A DNA stretch of 49,331 nt from Saprolegnia diclina VS20 (GCF_000281045.1 NW_008246098.1:104404-153734); one strand, 5' to 3'; shown: positions 23,581-35,912, counted from the first letter of the stretch. Notes: generated from the sequence alone by a model not told the origin. Numbers and translations: made by a program.

Positions 23581-25270
23581 GGGCTTTTTCAAAAATGTCT
23601 CTTGTGCCCAGCTCTCGATTTGTATGCTGCCCAATCGACGACCACTTTCCAGATGTACTGTGTCTCGACAGAAGCAAACCATATTGTCTGTCGGTCCGTG
23701 GACGAGACCAACCAGGCTTGTGGCTCGCGTGGTGGTTACCCCAGCGTCGCTTAGTACAGCAGTGAACGACAAACCGCCGTTTTGGTTTTGTGTGGACCAG
23801 AGCCAGCAGTTCCCACCGTCGCTGCACTGCACTTTTGTCGGAAATATCGCCGACTTGGTCATCATGAGCTGGATTCCCACTGCAGTACGAGAGAAGATCA
23901 GTGTATTATTCCTGCTTGCACATTGCCGGATGCAAAACTTACAAGGACAAATCTGGTAGCTGGTCCGCCAAGCTCACCAAAATGGTCGTTGGATTCCGTG
24001 ATTCTAGTACGTAAAACTGACACGAAGGCGCGAGACAACCAACCATATGCTTGTTTAGTGTCCACAGACGTCACGGAACCGCGTAGCAGCGTTAGTCGCC
24101 CCAGACGCCGCAGCAGCTTTGTAAAACGAGTTTATCGCTCCGGTCGGCACGGATGCATCGACAAGCGCAGCGCTTTGACACAGTGAACATTATGCGCGCA
24201 CCTCGCAATGCAGAGAGTTTGGGCGTCGTCATGTGGAGCTTCGAGCCGACACCTTCGTCTCTGTGCATTCGATCAATGTCGGAGGAAGGCGGTCTGCGCT
24301 GTGGTGCACGCGCCATCGTATCGTGAGAAGCAGTATTTCGCACCAACATACGGGCATACGCACGGTACAAGACCAGAGTCACTATGCGAGGACATAGGGG
24401 TCGTCGTTCCCGTGCCAAGTCAAAAATGCGCAAGCTTTCCTGCGGATGCACTCCACTGTACTAGGGTCCCTACTAGGACATCCAAGCGCATGATAACAAA
24501 GCGCCGATGACACGGCGCACCATCGCCTGTGCCCCACGTCAAGTGTTGCCCTCAGAAGTGGTCAAAATGATCGCAGGGATTGCAGCTTCTCGGCAACATA
24601 CTATCCACAAGTGTATGGATCTTTCGCTGGAATGCGCTCACATCCGCAAGGTTGCTGTTCTGGGTGCTACGGAGATGCTCGTCATGACGCTTCCTTGGTC
24701 GTTGGCCCACTGCACGACGCCTCCCGTACCCTGTCGGTGGGTCCGCAGACCGCGCTTTCCTTGTTGATTCATCGCACCGCTGAGGGTCCATCTCTGAAAT
24801 GATATCTGAGAGTAGAACTTCGCCTATCTTCGACTCTTCCGCGGTGTTTGTCGTGGACTTGGATCACGCAACTGTTTTGGCCAAGGGATGGTCGTCGTGC
24901 GAGGATCGCAACGAGTCGGGGGTTCCATTCGATCGTGCAATGTATTTGAGCCGCACGTTTCTAGCTTGTCGGGTATTTTTACCCGGTGCTGTTCACGACA
25001 CATCCGTTACATCCAAGTGGAGTCTGCGCTGGTGACATCGTTGAATATAGAGTGTTGGATGAGCGCACGACTACGCGTGTACATCGACCATTTGAGCCTC
25101 GAAAGCATGGATACATGAAGGCACGACTGTCCATGAGCATGGATGAAGTAAACCAAACCATCGTAGCTTGCTTGCGAAGCGACTCGCGCGTGAAAAGTTG
25201 CGTGTCAACAGTGTCTTCTTCCGCAAGGACTTCGAACTTCGACGGGTAGAATTCGGCACAAGGAACGCAT

Positions 25271-25280
25271 TTGATTGGCT
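25271..25280 (+). promoter_or_regulatory. CCAAT box (reverse orientation) upstream of paralogue C
   Basis: TTGATTGGCT about 100 nt upstream of ATG 25378; similar GATTGG/CCAATC sites lie upstream of paralogues A (7081), B (23631) and D (28170). Confidence 0.45.
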
Positions 25281-25377
25281 ACTTGTAATGATGTCCGAAA
25301 CCAACCGAAACGCAATCGATACAAACCCCAAGGCAAATCCAAGAGACAGTCGGTTCCAGGTCCTGCGGTCGCTGGTC

Positions 25378-27611
25378 ATGGCCACGATCGACGCGGTCTT
25401 CTTCCGGACCACATGCACCAAGCCCGACGTCTTCAACACAGCCTACGTCCGGTAGCCACTGCCTGCTTGTCGTCGCTGCAGTCAGCTGCTCATGCATCGC
25501 CACCACAACTGTAGGTGCCACCAGAACCAAGGCCTCAAGGTAGACTCGCTTGCAGACGCCTCTCCAAAACTCATTCGAGCGTAGGTCATCCGGTACGTGG
25601 CGGCACGCCGGCGCATCCCACTCCTCCACCTCGTAGCTGCTTTCCGCATTGCGACCCGAGCTGCTGCCAGCACACGTACTACCGCGGTTGCGGCACGTCC
25701 GTGAGCGTCCGCGTCCTCTCGCCGCTCCAGGCCAAGAGTACCGTGGCCTACGCACGCTTCCAGACTGCAAGCGCACCGACCTTTGCCGCCGGCGACTCTG
25801 TCCAGCGCGCCGAGATGGCGGCCGATTTGCGGTCACGAGCCAACCTCACGGGCAAGTGGCTTGAAGGCGCGCCTGAAATCATGGATAACGTAACCATCTC
25901 TGTCGCTCGATTGCTTTGCGACAGACGCTTGGTTGTAGAGCCAGCTGTGCTTTCACTTCAACGAGAAGCGCAGCGAAGGCTGGCACTACGACTGGCACGG
26001 CGGCTCGAGCACCAAGAAGCGCTCCGAGTTGCACCACTTGGTCGTACGGCATGCCATGGTCTATGCAATAAATAGTTCACATCACCCGCGTAGGTATACC
26101 TGTTTCGATGCGAAGACGCGGGTACGCTCGTTGTGCTGCGTGTTCTGACATCGCCGCCGTTCACGCTTTCTTCGTACCGCCGGGCGAAAAGCCAAGCAAA
26201 GATCAAGGGACCGACAGTCGCCGTGCGCGGGCGGGCACGGGCGGCGCCGCAGCCGTTCGCCTCGACGCCGCTGCCCGTGGAGCTCGTCGTACTCCCGCAG
26301 TCGTCGACACAAGAGACGGCACTGCGTCTCCTTCGGCTCTTTACCTTTTGCGACTCGATCACGATCGACGTTCTCGCCGACGCGTGGGAGGTCACGGAAG
26401 CCACGATCTTGAGCCAGTTGCACGAGCGCATTCATGGGCATCTGCGCGGGCCGTCGCCGCCGATCGTGCCGCTGCAGGGTGTCCGAGCACAGCACCCACC
26501 GCCGCCGGCGCTTGTCACCGTCGCCTTGCACGTGATTGCGTGGTGGTTCCACCCATCGACGCTGACGTGGGTCGAGGCCTTCTGCGCCCGGCACCACGCG
26601 GCCGTCGTCGACAACGTCGCGCTGCACGAGGTCTACAACATGGCCGTCGACACCCTCTCGGCGACGATCGACTCGCTCCTGAGCAACTTGGACGAGAGCT
26701 TGGCGAGCGTCGCCCAGCAGCTGCCGCCGGCGCATTCGTCGTCCAGTCACGCGGTCGGCTACACGACGCTCGTCAAGGTCATGCGCGAGTCTTACATGGT
26801 GACGTACCTGCACGTCGCTCCTGCTAAGGTCGCCGTAGACGCAAGGGTTTGTGGCGCCGATGCTCACGTCGCACGGCTTCAACGGCGTCTGGGTCTGGCA
26901 CGAGGCGACGCCCGACGTTCGGCGCTGGGCCCCGGCGGCCCCGCCGCGCCTCCTCGACGTGCACAAGGTGCTCTCGATGGTGTACGGTCTCGGCCTCTGC
27001 GTCGACGACCGCAGCCTGCATGTACGTGAGAACGTGGCCATCCATTTGCCGTGGGATCGTTTATTTAATTCGATACAAAACCCAAGTGTCGATGGACAAT
27101 TTCGACCCTTGGCTTGGACGATATGACGGGTGCTGATGACGGGATGTGTGCCTCTTAGGTGCGAAGTCACGTGACCTTGTGGCCGGCTGTTTGGACGCGC
27201 TTCGAGCTCGACCAGCGCCCGCACGTCTTCCAAGCCTTCCCGAATGGCGAGTCGACCTTGCTCAACGAAGCCAGCATGCTCCATGGTGACTACGTCGCGT
27301 GGGCGTCCCAACCCGCCGCATTGGCCTCGGACGACGGCAACGACGACGATGAGCTGCATCTCCATCTGTACAGCTGGCCCGGCACCGCATCGGCCTCCCC
27401 GCACTGCTACATTGTCCGGCTCGACCTGCGCCTCCACTCGCCAGATCGGCTCGATGTCTGCGCGGTCGTCGATGTCGTCCCGGCGCCGTCGATCGACTTT
27501 TTCGGCTCGACGGCCGACGTGCGCATCGAGTGTCTCGAGCGCATGCCCCGCTCCCGCGTCTTGCTCCACGCCAACGTCGTCTACCTCCGCCACCACGTCG
27601 ACGACGAATGA
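25378..27611 (+). CDS. Uncharacterised Cys/His (CFPHC, GWHYxW) family protein, paralogue C
   Basis: Exons 25378-25451, 25515-25539, 25585-25592, 25637-... give MATIDAVFFRTTCTKPDVFNTAYVR|CHQNQGLK|VIR|CFPHCDPSCCQHTYYRGCGTSVSVRV; FHFNEKRSEGWHYDWHGGSS; TSPPFTLSSYRRAK; ends YLRHHVDDE*. Confidence 0.85.
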
Positions 27612-28243
27612 AACGCGATTGTTGTTCCGACACTATGACGAGTATCTATGACGTTCGCTGAACGGTCCACCGAGATCTGAGTCGGAGCAAACCGCCAAAG
27701 AGTTTATGCAGGCCAACTCTACGAGGTACACGGCGCGTGGAGGTCCCTACGCTGTAATGGAGCCAGGTCTCTACGCTGTACTGGAGAAAGGGTGTCGTTG
27801 GTTCGTGGTCGCCTGATATTCGAAGCTGGGCTTTAAATGCAGCTCGCGCAAAGCGAGAAGGACCAAGTATGACGGGAATGGACAACGTCATACCACGTGA
27901 TATCTGCCGTCACCGAGCCCCGACCTCGGGACCTGTGAACGTCTACTCTTTATAATCCTGTTATGACGATCGCGAAGGTGCTGGGGTGCAGCGTGTTCGC
28001 GCGCCAGGTCGTTGGAGTCTGAAAGCTCCGGAAGAGTCGCCATGACCCTCGCCCAGCTGCACCCACGGCCGTCGTCTACCTAGGACGCTCGCTCGTCCAA
28101 GTAATCGCATTAGCGCGTCCTGCTGGTCTTCTGACTCTGAAAGAGCAAATTTGTACATCGGTCAGCGCTGATTGGCTCGGTGCCACGAGCATACAAAGAT
28201 GCAGTGGTCTCCAAGAGACGGCTGTCTTCAGTCGACAAGATAC

Positions 28244-30300
28244 ATGGAGTTCTTCCGGCAGGGATGCATGCGGCCGCGCGTCTTCAACGAGAGCTACGTC
28301 CGGTACGCTTGTCGGTCGAGACCACGGCTCGCTGCAGCATGCTCCTAGGTGCCATCACAACCAAGGGCTCAAGGTACACTGGATCGATACCTGTCGCAGC
28401 TCATGCCCGCGTAGCCCGTGCGGTATGCTCTCGTGTCGCTGGCGTGGCGGCTTGAGGTGTGTGTAGCTGCTTCCCGCACTGCAGCCCCGAGTGCTGCCCG
28501 CATAGCGGTAGCCGCGGCTGCGGTGGATCCGTGAGCGTCCGGGTGGCCACGACCGACGGCGTCATTGCGTTCGCTCGCTTCGAGAGCCTCTCAAGCGACA
28601 GCGTCACAACCGAGCTGGAGATTGACCCGCGGGACGTGCGCAGCTCGGCCAACCCCACGGGCGTCTGGCTCATGGGCGTCCGCGGCCGACACGACGTAGG
28701 TTTCTTGGTCCTGGCCGCAAGAACATGGGATGTAGGGCGTCGACTGCTTCCACTTCAACGACCAAGGGCGCGACGGGTGGCACTACGAGTGGCAGAGCAG
28801 CTCAAGCAGCAAGAAGCGCAGTCAGCGCCACGTTTTCCACGTACGATACGCACACCCGACGATGCGGCAGCGTCGGCGCTCGTAGGTGTACCTTTGCCAC
28901 CGACTGGCTGCCCACCGCGTGCGCATCTTGGACAACCTTGCGTCAACGCCGTTCACCATCGCCTCGTACCGCCGGGCGCGCGCAAAGCAGCTGTCGCTAT
29001 CGCCGTCCACGTCGTGCTCAGCGCCGTCGACGCCACCCGCGCAGATTACTCGGCCGTGGGTCGTCGAGTACGCCGAGCTGCCGCGCTCGTCCACGCAAGA
29101 GACGGCCGCGCGGCTTCTCCAGCTTTTCGAACTTTGCGCGCAGGTGCCCGTCACAGCGGTCGCACCGGCCATCGAGGCGCGCGTCTGGGCCGAGGCCGCC
29201 CGTCATGTGCCTGGTGTGCGCCAGCCGCCCGCTCTCTTCCTCTTGCGTCAGCTCGCGCCATTCGACGACGCGGCCTCGCGCCTCGAGACGATTGCGCTCG
29301 CCGTCCTCTGCCGGCTCATCACGTCGTCGTCGAGGATCCACGACTTTTGTCGGCGGTACGACGGCAGCATCTACGACAACACGGAGCTCCACGAAGCGTA
29401 CAACCGCGCCGTCGAGTCGCTCGCGAGAAGCCTCGACGTGGTCTTGGCGACGCTCGGCGAGAGCACAAGCAGTCTCTCGGCGCAGCTGCCGCCGCCAACC
29501 GTTCCACAGCCCTCGCACGCGATCGGGTTTGCGGTCTTTGCCCGCATCTTGCAGACGTCGCACGTGGTACGACACGTCGGGCGACGGCGCTGACGCAGCA
29601 CGTAGGCGCGGACGCAACCGTTGATGCCACCAGACGCAGTCTACGGTGGCGTCTGGGCCTGGCGCGTCGCGACGCCGATCGTCCGTGCGCTGCAGACGCC
29701 GTCCTTTCTCGACGTGCTCTGGAGCTGGCTCGGCGCGTGCGGTCTCCGTCTCTGCCTTGACGGCCACGTCTTCTCGGTACGTCGGACGCCGGCACAGAAA
29801 ATGTGTCGCGCGTAAAAAAATCCATAGAAACACCAAGTGTCACGGGACGATATTTCAATGACACGAGATCGTCCAGTGGCCGTGCGGCCAATGAACCGAT
29901 GACTCATCTTGCTCTGTAGGTGCAGAGCCGATGGCCGGCGTGGCCGTCGCCGCCGACCGCCTTTGCGCTGGACCACATGCCGCATGCGATGCACACGTGG
30001 CCGCATGGCGCCTTGGCCCACTATGTCGGGTGGAGCGACGTCGACGGGCTGCATCTGGACGTGTTTGTATGGCCTCGCCATCCGACCGAGCGCGGTCATG
30101 GCTTCCGAACGCTCTGGCGACGCCAAGATGCGAGCTTGGTGGTGCTGCTGGCGCGGGACGTGCTGGTGACGACAGCAGCGTACGACCCAACGGACGGTGC
30201 GACACGTCGCATGGCCAACGTCCACGCCGAGTCGACCGACTTGCATCTCGAGATGATCTACGACCGCGTGCTGCTGGACGAGTGCAATGCCGACATGTAA
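28244..30300 (+). CDS. Uncharacterised Cys/His (CFPHC, GWHYxW) family protein, paralogue D
   Basis: Exons 28244-28302, 28349-28373, 28415-28422, 28467-... give MEFFRQGCMRPRVFNESYVR|CHHNQGLK|PVR|CFPHCSPECCPHSGSRGCGGSVSVRV; FHFNDQGRDGWHYEWQSSSS; ASTPFTIASYRRAR; alternative in-frame ATG at 28199. Confidence 0.85.
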
Positions 30301-30364
30301 GCTACGTTGGCGATGATGATGCGGACAATACGACTGTTGTGGGACCATGGATTGCGTGCTCTCG
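29062..30364 (+). repeat. Inverted repeat arm 2 (about 1.3 kb)
   Basis: Reverse complement of 21430-22732 with only scattered substitutions. Confidence 0.95.
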
Positions 30365-31282
30365 CTTCGGTCGTGGTCGTTGGTGCGTGCTGGACTAGGC
30401 GTACTCGGTAGCAACGTCGTGTCTCGGGTGCTGCATGCTGTTTGCATCGCATCGTCATGGCTCGTAGTGACAGGTCGCATCGACGCGCACGCTTATGTAT
30501 CGATCGGCGCGGCAATGACTCACGGGCGTCTAAGGAGCCCACGGACGGAAGCAGAGAGAGGGGCACTCGCGATCGCGTGGGAAAATCACGCAAGATTGCA
30601 CCTCGAATGTAGAGCCCAAGGCGGTGCTGCGTCTACCTGGTGTGTTAGCGGTACTGCGTGGCTAAACTCGACCACGAACGCAGCTCTGCTACATGCTTCA
30701 TGGCTTCGAAGGCATAAGGTTGGCACAAACAACGCGTCTACGCTTCACGGACAAGAGCTGGCGTGCGCGCATACCCTCACGTGCTTTGCTGTTCTCAGTG
30801 CACGGTCGCCCGACCAAACCGCGCTCCACGCCGCACTTCATGACGTGGAAGCGACCGCTCGTTTGGACGTCGTAGTAGGAAGAATGCTGCGTGTTTCTCC
30901 CTGCGAATGGCGCAAGCTCTCGCCATCCATCGTCCATCAAGGCGCGACGCTGGCACCCGACGTTCGCGATTGCTGTACAACCGTCCCAGCCAAGCCATAG
31001 CAACTTCAATTGGCTGGTACACCTAACCCTATTATAGCCCGCAACCAGCGAGCGCTGGTAGCCGTAAAGAGCCTTCCTTCGCAATGACGCATAGTGGTCT
31101 TACCACAAGCACACCTTCTACTGCTGTACGTCGCGACGGAATAATATTAGGACTCTTGTTGGATAGAATGTTGCTTGTTGGCGCATTTGGTGGTCAACCA
31201 CCTCTATCTTTAAATATGTATAGATATATTGTCAGAGGTTTATACGGAAGTCCGGATGTCGCGCCTGCGGTGGAGTTGAGCA

Positions 31283-31606
31283 ATGCGACGCAGCGGGGTG
31301 GACGCGAGCGCGGGCGTGCTTGTCAAGTGGTGCGTAGCCGTCGAGGGCCGCTGCGAGCATGTGGGCTAACGATGGCTATAGCGATCCGCCGACGAAGCAG
31401 TACCTCAAACACCTCAACGCGGTGCCTGGGCAGGTGCGACACCGATGACGGCGCTTGCCTCACGCTGCATGTAGAAAAAGTTTATCATCCAAGACCTTGA
31501 CGAAACACACCTCTTCATCGATCCGAGCCCCGTCGTGATGGAGTTCATCAAGAAGAAGATCGACGAGTGGAACGACGCCAACACGTACCAGCCGCCCACC
31601 AACTAA
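31283..31606 (+). CDS. TFB5: TFIIH subunit Tfb5/TTDA (p8), 3 exons, copy 1
   Basis: Spliced product ..GVLVKC|DPPTKQYLKHLNAVPGQ|KKFIIQDLDETHLFIDPSPVVMEFIKKKIDEWNDANTY.. carries the Tfb5 signatures GVLxxCDP and FIIQDLDxTHLF; exact start uncertain. Confidence 0.9.
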
Positions 31607-31811
31607 TGCTATGACGAGCTGGCTTCATCATGAATTGGCCTTGTTTGCTCTTGCACGATGGATCACAGTGACCGCACTTCATACAGCGCGTTGTAGGATG
31701 AGGGAATCACCTCGATAGCGCGAGGTTGATTGCAATGTTCTCTGGATGACGGGCCATTTGGCAACAGAACTCGAAAACCTTTTTGTGTCCCACCTTCTCT
31801 ATTAGATGAAG

Positions 31812-32405
31812 CTATCGCTGAACCTGCGTGGACTCGAACCAGCGAAGCGCGCTTTCCCATGTCGAACCAAAGGCCTTGAGCTGCACGGCTCGTTCATCTT
31901 CCGTGTCGGTGTACGCAATGTGAACCTCGAGGCGGTCTCCTGGCACAAGGTCAGGCGTGAGTCGGTCAGGCCACTCAATCAAGTTAACACTCGACGCAAA
32001 CGCATCCTCGAGGCCCAAGGCCTTGGCGTCAACAGGCGAGACGCTGTCGAGTCGATAGAGGTCCATGTGATACAGTGATCTAGGAGCATATCAGCACAGA
32101 CGACGTCAGAAAAGCATTGCGCACCGCGCCATGGCCGCGTCGTCGTAGGTGTTGAGAAGCAGATACGTCGGCGATGTGACGTGCATATCCGCGTCGTCCG
32201 TCCATGCGCGCACAAAGCCGCGGGCGAAGCACGTCTTGCCGCAGCCGAGGTCGCCGACGAGGAAGACGGTCGAAGGGCATGGCACGTGCGGCGCAAGGCC
32301 GGCACCAAAGGCCTCCATGGCCTCAGGGCTCGAGAGCTTGAGAGCTGGCGCATGGAGCCATCGCCGGCCACAAGCGGTCGCGCGACGTCGACCGAGCGCA
32401 AACAT
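31812..32405 (-). CDS. tsaE: TsaE/YjeE-like P-loop ATPase (t6A biosynthesis), 2 exons, copy 1
   Basis: Walker A LVGDLGCGKTCFARG, VTSPTYLLLNTY, YHMDLYRL, LIEWPDRL; one intron after AMAR; Arg-rich N-terminal extension MFALGRRRATACGRRWLH. Confidence 0.9.
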
Positions 32406-33170
32406 CAACAGTCGGTTCAAGAAGCGGGCCTTTCTGTGGGTGTGGCCACAATCCGAGTCGTTTATGAAAACAGGTATACGGATGCAGCCCGTTGCAGTGT
32501 TTAAAACAGCGGCGTCAGGAACGGAGGTGACGTAACCTTCGTGTGTGCCAGTGACGACCCTGCGCACGGCTTGGTCAATTGCATCGCCAGAGCCTGCCTT
32601 GATCTCCTTGTGCAGTAAGGACACTCTTTGGTTTGCAAATATTATTTTTGCAGCTAAACTGTAGTGGGGTCAAGTTTGCTAACAGCGGCAAGCGAGGCAG
32701 CACCAGAAGAGATCATGCTATGGAAAGCAGTGCTGCTGCTGCCGCGACTACGCAATCGAAGCATGCGGAATAGCTCTGAACGTGCCGATCGACCTCCGAG
32801 ATCTAGTTTTGCGTCATGGACACACGAGATTTCGCCACGTGCTCGGGCGTTACGGTTGCCCGGACTCGCCCACCTGCAACTTGACCTATCGTCTCCGCAT
32901 TGCGCCAAGCAAAGCCACGACACTCGTTGTATCGCTTGTACCTTGCGCCCTTGTGATGCTTGTAGTAGAGCGATGCTTTGCGGCCAACTGACTGTCCTTC
33001 AGGTGGCACGCAGCCAGAATGTTCGAAACGTTCGAATCCGGTTTGTATAAAACGCGCCAGTGTCGGCTATTCGTGCTTGTTGACGGCGTCAAAATGGCGC
33101 AGCCAATGGCATCGCCGCAATGTAGCATTCAACTTCCTGCCTCGTCCACGTGGTGTGTCAACCGACTGCG

Positions 33171-33326
33171 ATGGAGAGCGAAGACTGGAGCTCCGTGGCC
33201 TCGGCCGTGCACGCAGCGCTGCCCGAAGGCGCCTACTCGCACCTGCACTGGGCCGCCAGGGTCGACTTTGACCAGCGCGTCGTGCACGCGACGGCGACGT
33301 ACACCCTCGCGGTCGCGCCGACAAAC
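33171..33326 (+). CDS. M1-like protein 5' fragment, truncated by the gap (duplicate of 37275-37430)
   Basis: MESEDWSSVASAVHAALPEGAYSHLHWAARVDFDQRVVHATATYTLAVAPTN, then Ns. Confidence 0.75.
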
Positions 33327-33426
33327 NNNNNNNNNNNNNNNNNNNNNNNNNNNNNNNNNNNNNNNNNNNNNNNNNNNNNNNNNNNNNNNNNNNNNNNNNN
33401 NNNNNNNNNNNNNNNNNNNNNNNNNN
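33327..33426. other. Assembly gap (100 N)
   Basis: Exactly 100 Ns, the usual placeholder for a gap of unknown size. Confidence 0.99.
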
Positions 33427-34401
33427 GTCGTCGAGGATCCACGACTTTTGTCGGCGGTACGACGGCAGCATCTACGACAACACGGAGCTCCACGAAGCGT
33501 ACAACCGCGCCGTCGAGTCGCTCGCCAGAAGCCTCGACGTGGTCTTGGCGACGCTCGGCGAGAGCACAAGCAGTCTCTCGGCGCAGCTGCCGCCGCCAAC
33601 CGTTCCACAGCCCTCGCACGCGATCGGGTTTGCGGTCTTTGCCCGCATCTTGCAGACGTCGCACGTGGTACGACACGTCGGGCGACGGCGCTGACGCAGC
33701 ACGTAGGCGCGGACGCAACCGTTGATGCCACCAGACGCAGTCTACGGTGGCGTCTGGGCCTGGCGCGTCGCGACGCCGATCGTCCGTGCGCTGCAGACGC
33801 CGTCCTTTCTCGACGTGCTCTGGAGCTGGCTCGGCATGTGCGGTCTCCGTCTCTGCCTTGACGGCCACGTCTTCTCGGTACGTCGGACGCCGGCACAGAA
33901 AATGTGTCGCGCGTAAAAAAATCCATAGAAACACCAAGTGTCACGGGACGATATTTCAATGACACGAGATCGTCCAGTGGCCGTGCGGCCAATGAACCGA
34001 TGACTCATCTTGCTCTGTAGGTGCAGAGCCGATGGCCGGCGTGGCCGTCGCCGCCGACCGCCTTTGCGCTGGACCACATGCCGCATGCGATGCACACGTG
34101 GCCGCATGGCGCCTTGGCCCACTATGTCGGGTGGAGCGACGTCGACGGGCTGCATCTGGACGTGTTTGTATGGCCTCGCCATCCGACCGAGCGCGGTCAT
34201 GGCTTCCGAACGCTCTGGCGACGCCAAGATGCGAGCTTGGTGGTGCTGCTGGCGCGGGACGTGCTGGTGACGACAGCAGCGTACGACCCAACGGACGGTG
34301 CGACACGTCGCATGGCCAACGTCCACGCCGAGTCGACCGACTTGCATCTCGAGATGATCTACGACCGCGTGCTGCTGGACGAGTGCAATGCCGACATGTA
34401 A
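33427..34401 (+). CDS. 3' portion of paralogue D, duplicated copy (5' end lost in gap)
   Basis: Same exons and introns as 29326-30300, ending ECNADM*. Confidence 0.75.
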
Positions 34402-35383
34402 GCTACGTTGGCGATGATGATGCGGACAATACGACTGTTGTGGGACCATGGATTGCGTGCTCTCGCTTCGGTCGTGGTCGTTGGTGCGTGCTGGACTAGG
34501 CGTACTCGGTAGCAACGTCGTGTCTCGGGTGCTGCATGCTGTTTGCATCGCATCGTCATGGCTCGTAGTGACAGGTCGCATCGACGCGCACGCTTATGTA
34601 TCGATCGGCGCGGCAATGACTCACGGGCGTCTAAGGAGCCCACGGACGGAAGCAGAGAGAGGGGCACTCGCGATCGCGTGGGAAAATCACGCAAGATTGC
34701 ACCTCGAATGTAGAGCCCAAGGCGGTGCTGCGTCTACCTGGTTTGTTAGCGGTACTGCGTGGCTAAACTCGACCACGAACGGAGCTCTGCTACATGCTTC
34801 ACGGCTTCGAAGGCATAAGGTTGGCACAAACAACGCGTCTACGCTTCACGGACAAGAGCTGGCGTGCGCGCATACCCTCACGTGCTTTGCTGTTCTCAGT
34901 GCACGGTCGCCCGACCAAACCGCGCTCCACGCCGCACTTTATGACGTGGAAGCGACCGCTCGTTTGGACGTCGTAGTAGGAAGAATGCTGCGTGTTTCTC
35001 CCTGCGAATGGCGCAAGCTCTCGCCATCCATCGTCCATCAAGGCGCGACGCTGGCACCCGACGTTCGCGATTGCTGTACAACCGTCCCAGCCAAGCCATA
35101 GCAACTTCAATTGGCTGGTACACCTAACCCTATTATAGCCCGCAACCAGCGAGCGCTGGTAGCCGTAAAGAGCCTTCCTTCGCAATGACGCATAGTGGTC
35201 TCACCACAAGCACACCTTCTACTGCTGTACGTCGCGACGGAATAATATTAGGACTCTTGTTGGATAGAATGTTGCTTGTTGGCGCATTTGGTGGTCAACC
35301 ACCTCTATCTTTAAATATGTATAGATATATTGTCAGAGGTTTATACGGATGTCCGGATGTCGCGCCTACGGTGGAGTTGAGCA

Positions 35384-35707
35384 ATGCGACGCAGCGGGGT
35401 GGACGCGAGCGCGGGCGTGCTTGTCAAGTGGTGCGTAGCCGTCGAGGGCCGCTGCGAGCATGTGGGCTAACGATGGCTATAGCGATCCGCCGACGAAGCA
35501 GTACCTCAAGCACCTCAACGCGGTGCCTGGGCAGGTGCGACACCGATGACGGCGCTTGCCTCACGCTGCATGTAGAAAAAGTTTATCATCCAAGACCTTG
35601 ACGAAACACACCTCTTCATCGATCCGAGCCCCGTCGTGATGGAGTTCATCAAGAAGAAGATCGACGAGTGGAACGACGCCAACACGTACCAGCCGCCCAC
35701 CAACTAA
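35384..35707 (+). CDS. TFB5: TFIIH subunit Tfb5/TTDA, copy 2
   Basis: Duplicate of 31283-31606 with intact frame and splice sites. Confidence 0.88.
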
Positions 35708-35912
35708 TGCTATGACGAGCTGGCTTCATCATGAATTGGCCTTGTTTGCTCTTGCATGATGGATCGCAGTGACCGCGCTTCACACAGCGCGTTGTGCGAT
35801 GAGGGAATCACCTCGATAGCGCGAGGTTGATTGCAAAGTTCTCTGGATGACGGGCCATTTGACAACAGAACTCGAAAACCTTTTTGTGTCCCACCTTCTC
35901 TATTAGATGAAG

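Larger units (their letters stand above)
29326..33326 (+). repeat. 4 kb direct duplication, copy 1 (ends at gap)
   Basis: Matches 33427-37430 at offset 4101, then 4104 after a 3-nt indel; scattered SNPs. Confidence 0.97.

Noticed and set aside
30347..31000. 217-aa ORF (duplicated at 34448-35101)
   Set aside because: No recognisable motif or codon bias; its conservation reflects only the 4 kb duplication.
32406..32624. Long N-terminal extension of TsaE in the ORF track
   Set aside because: Begins at a non-ATG codon in promoter-like sequence; ATG 32405 gives a plausible presequence.
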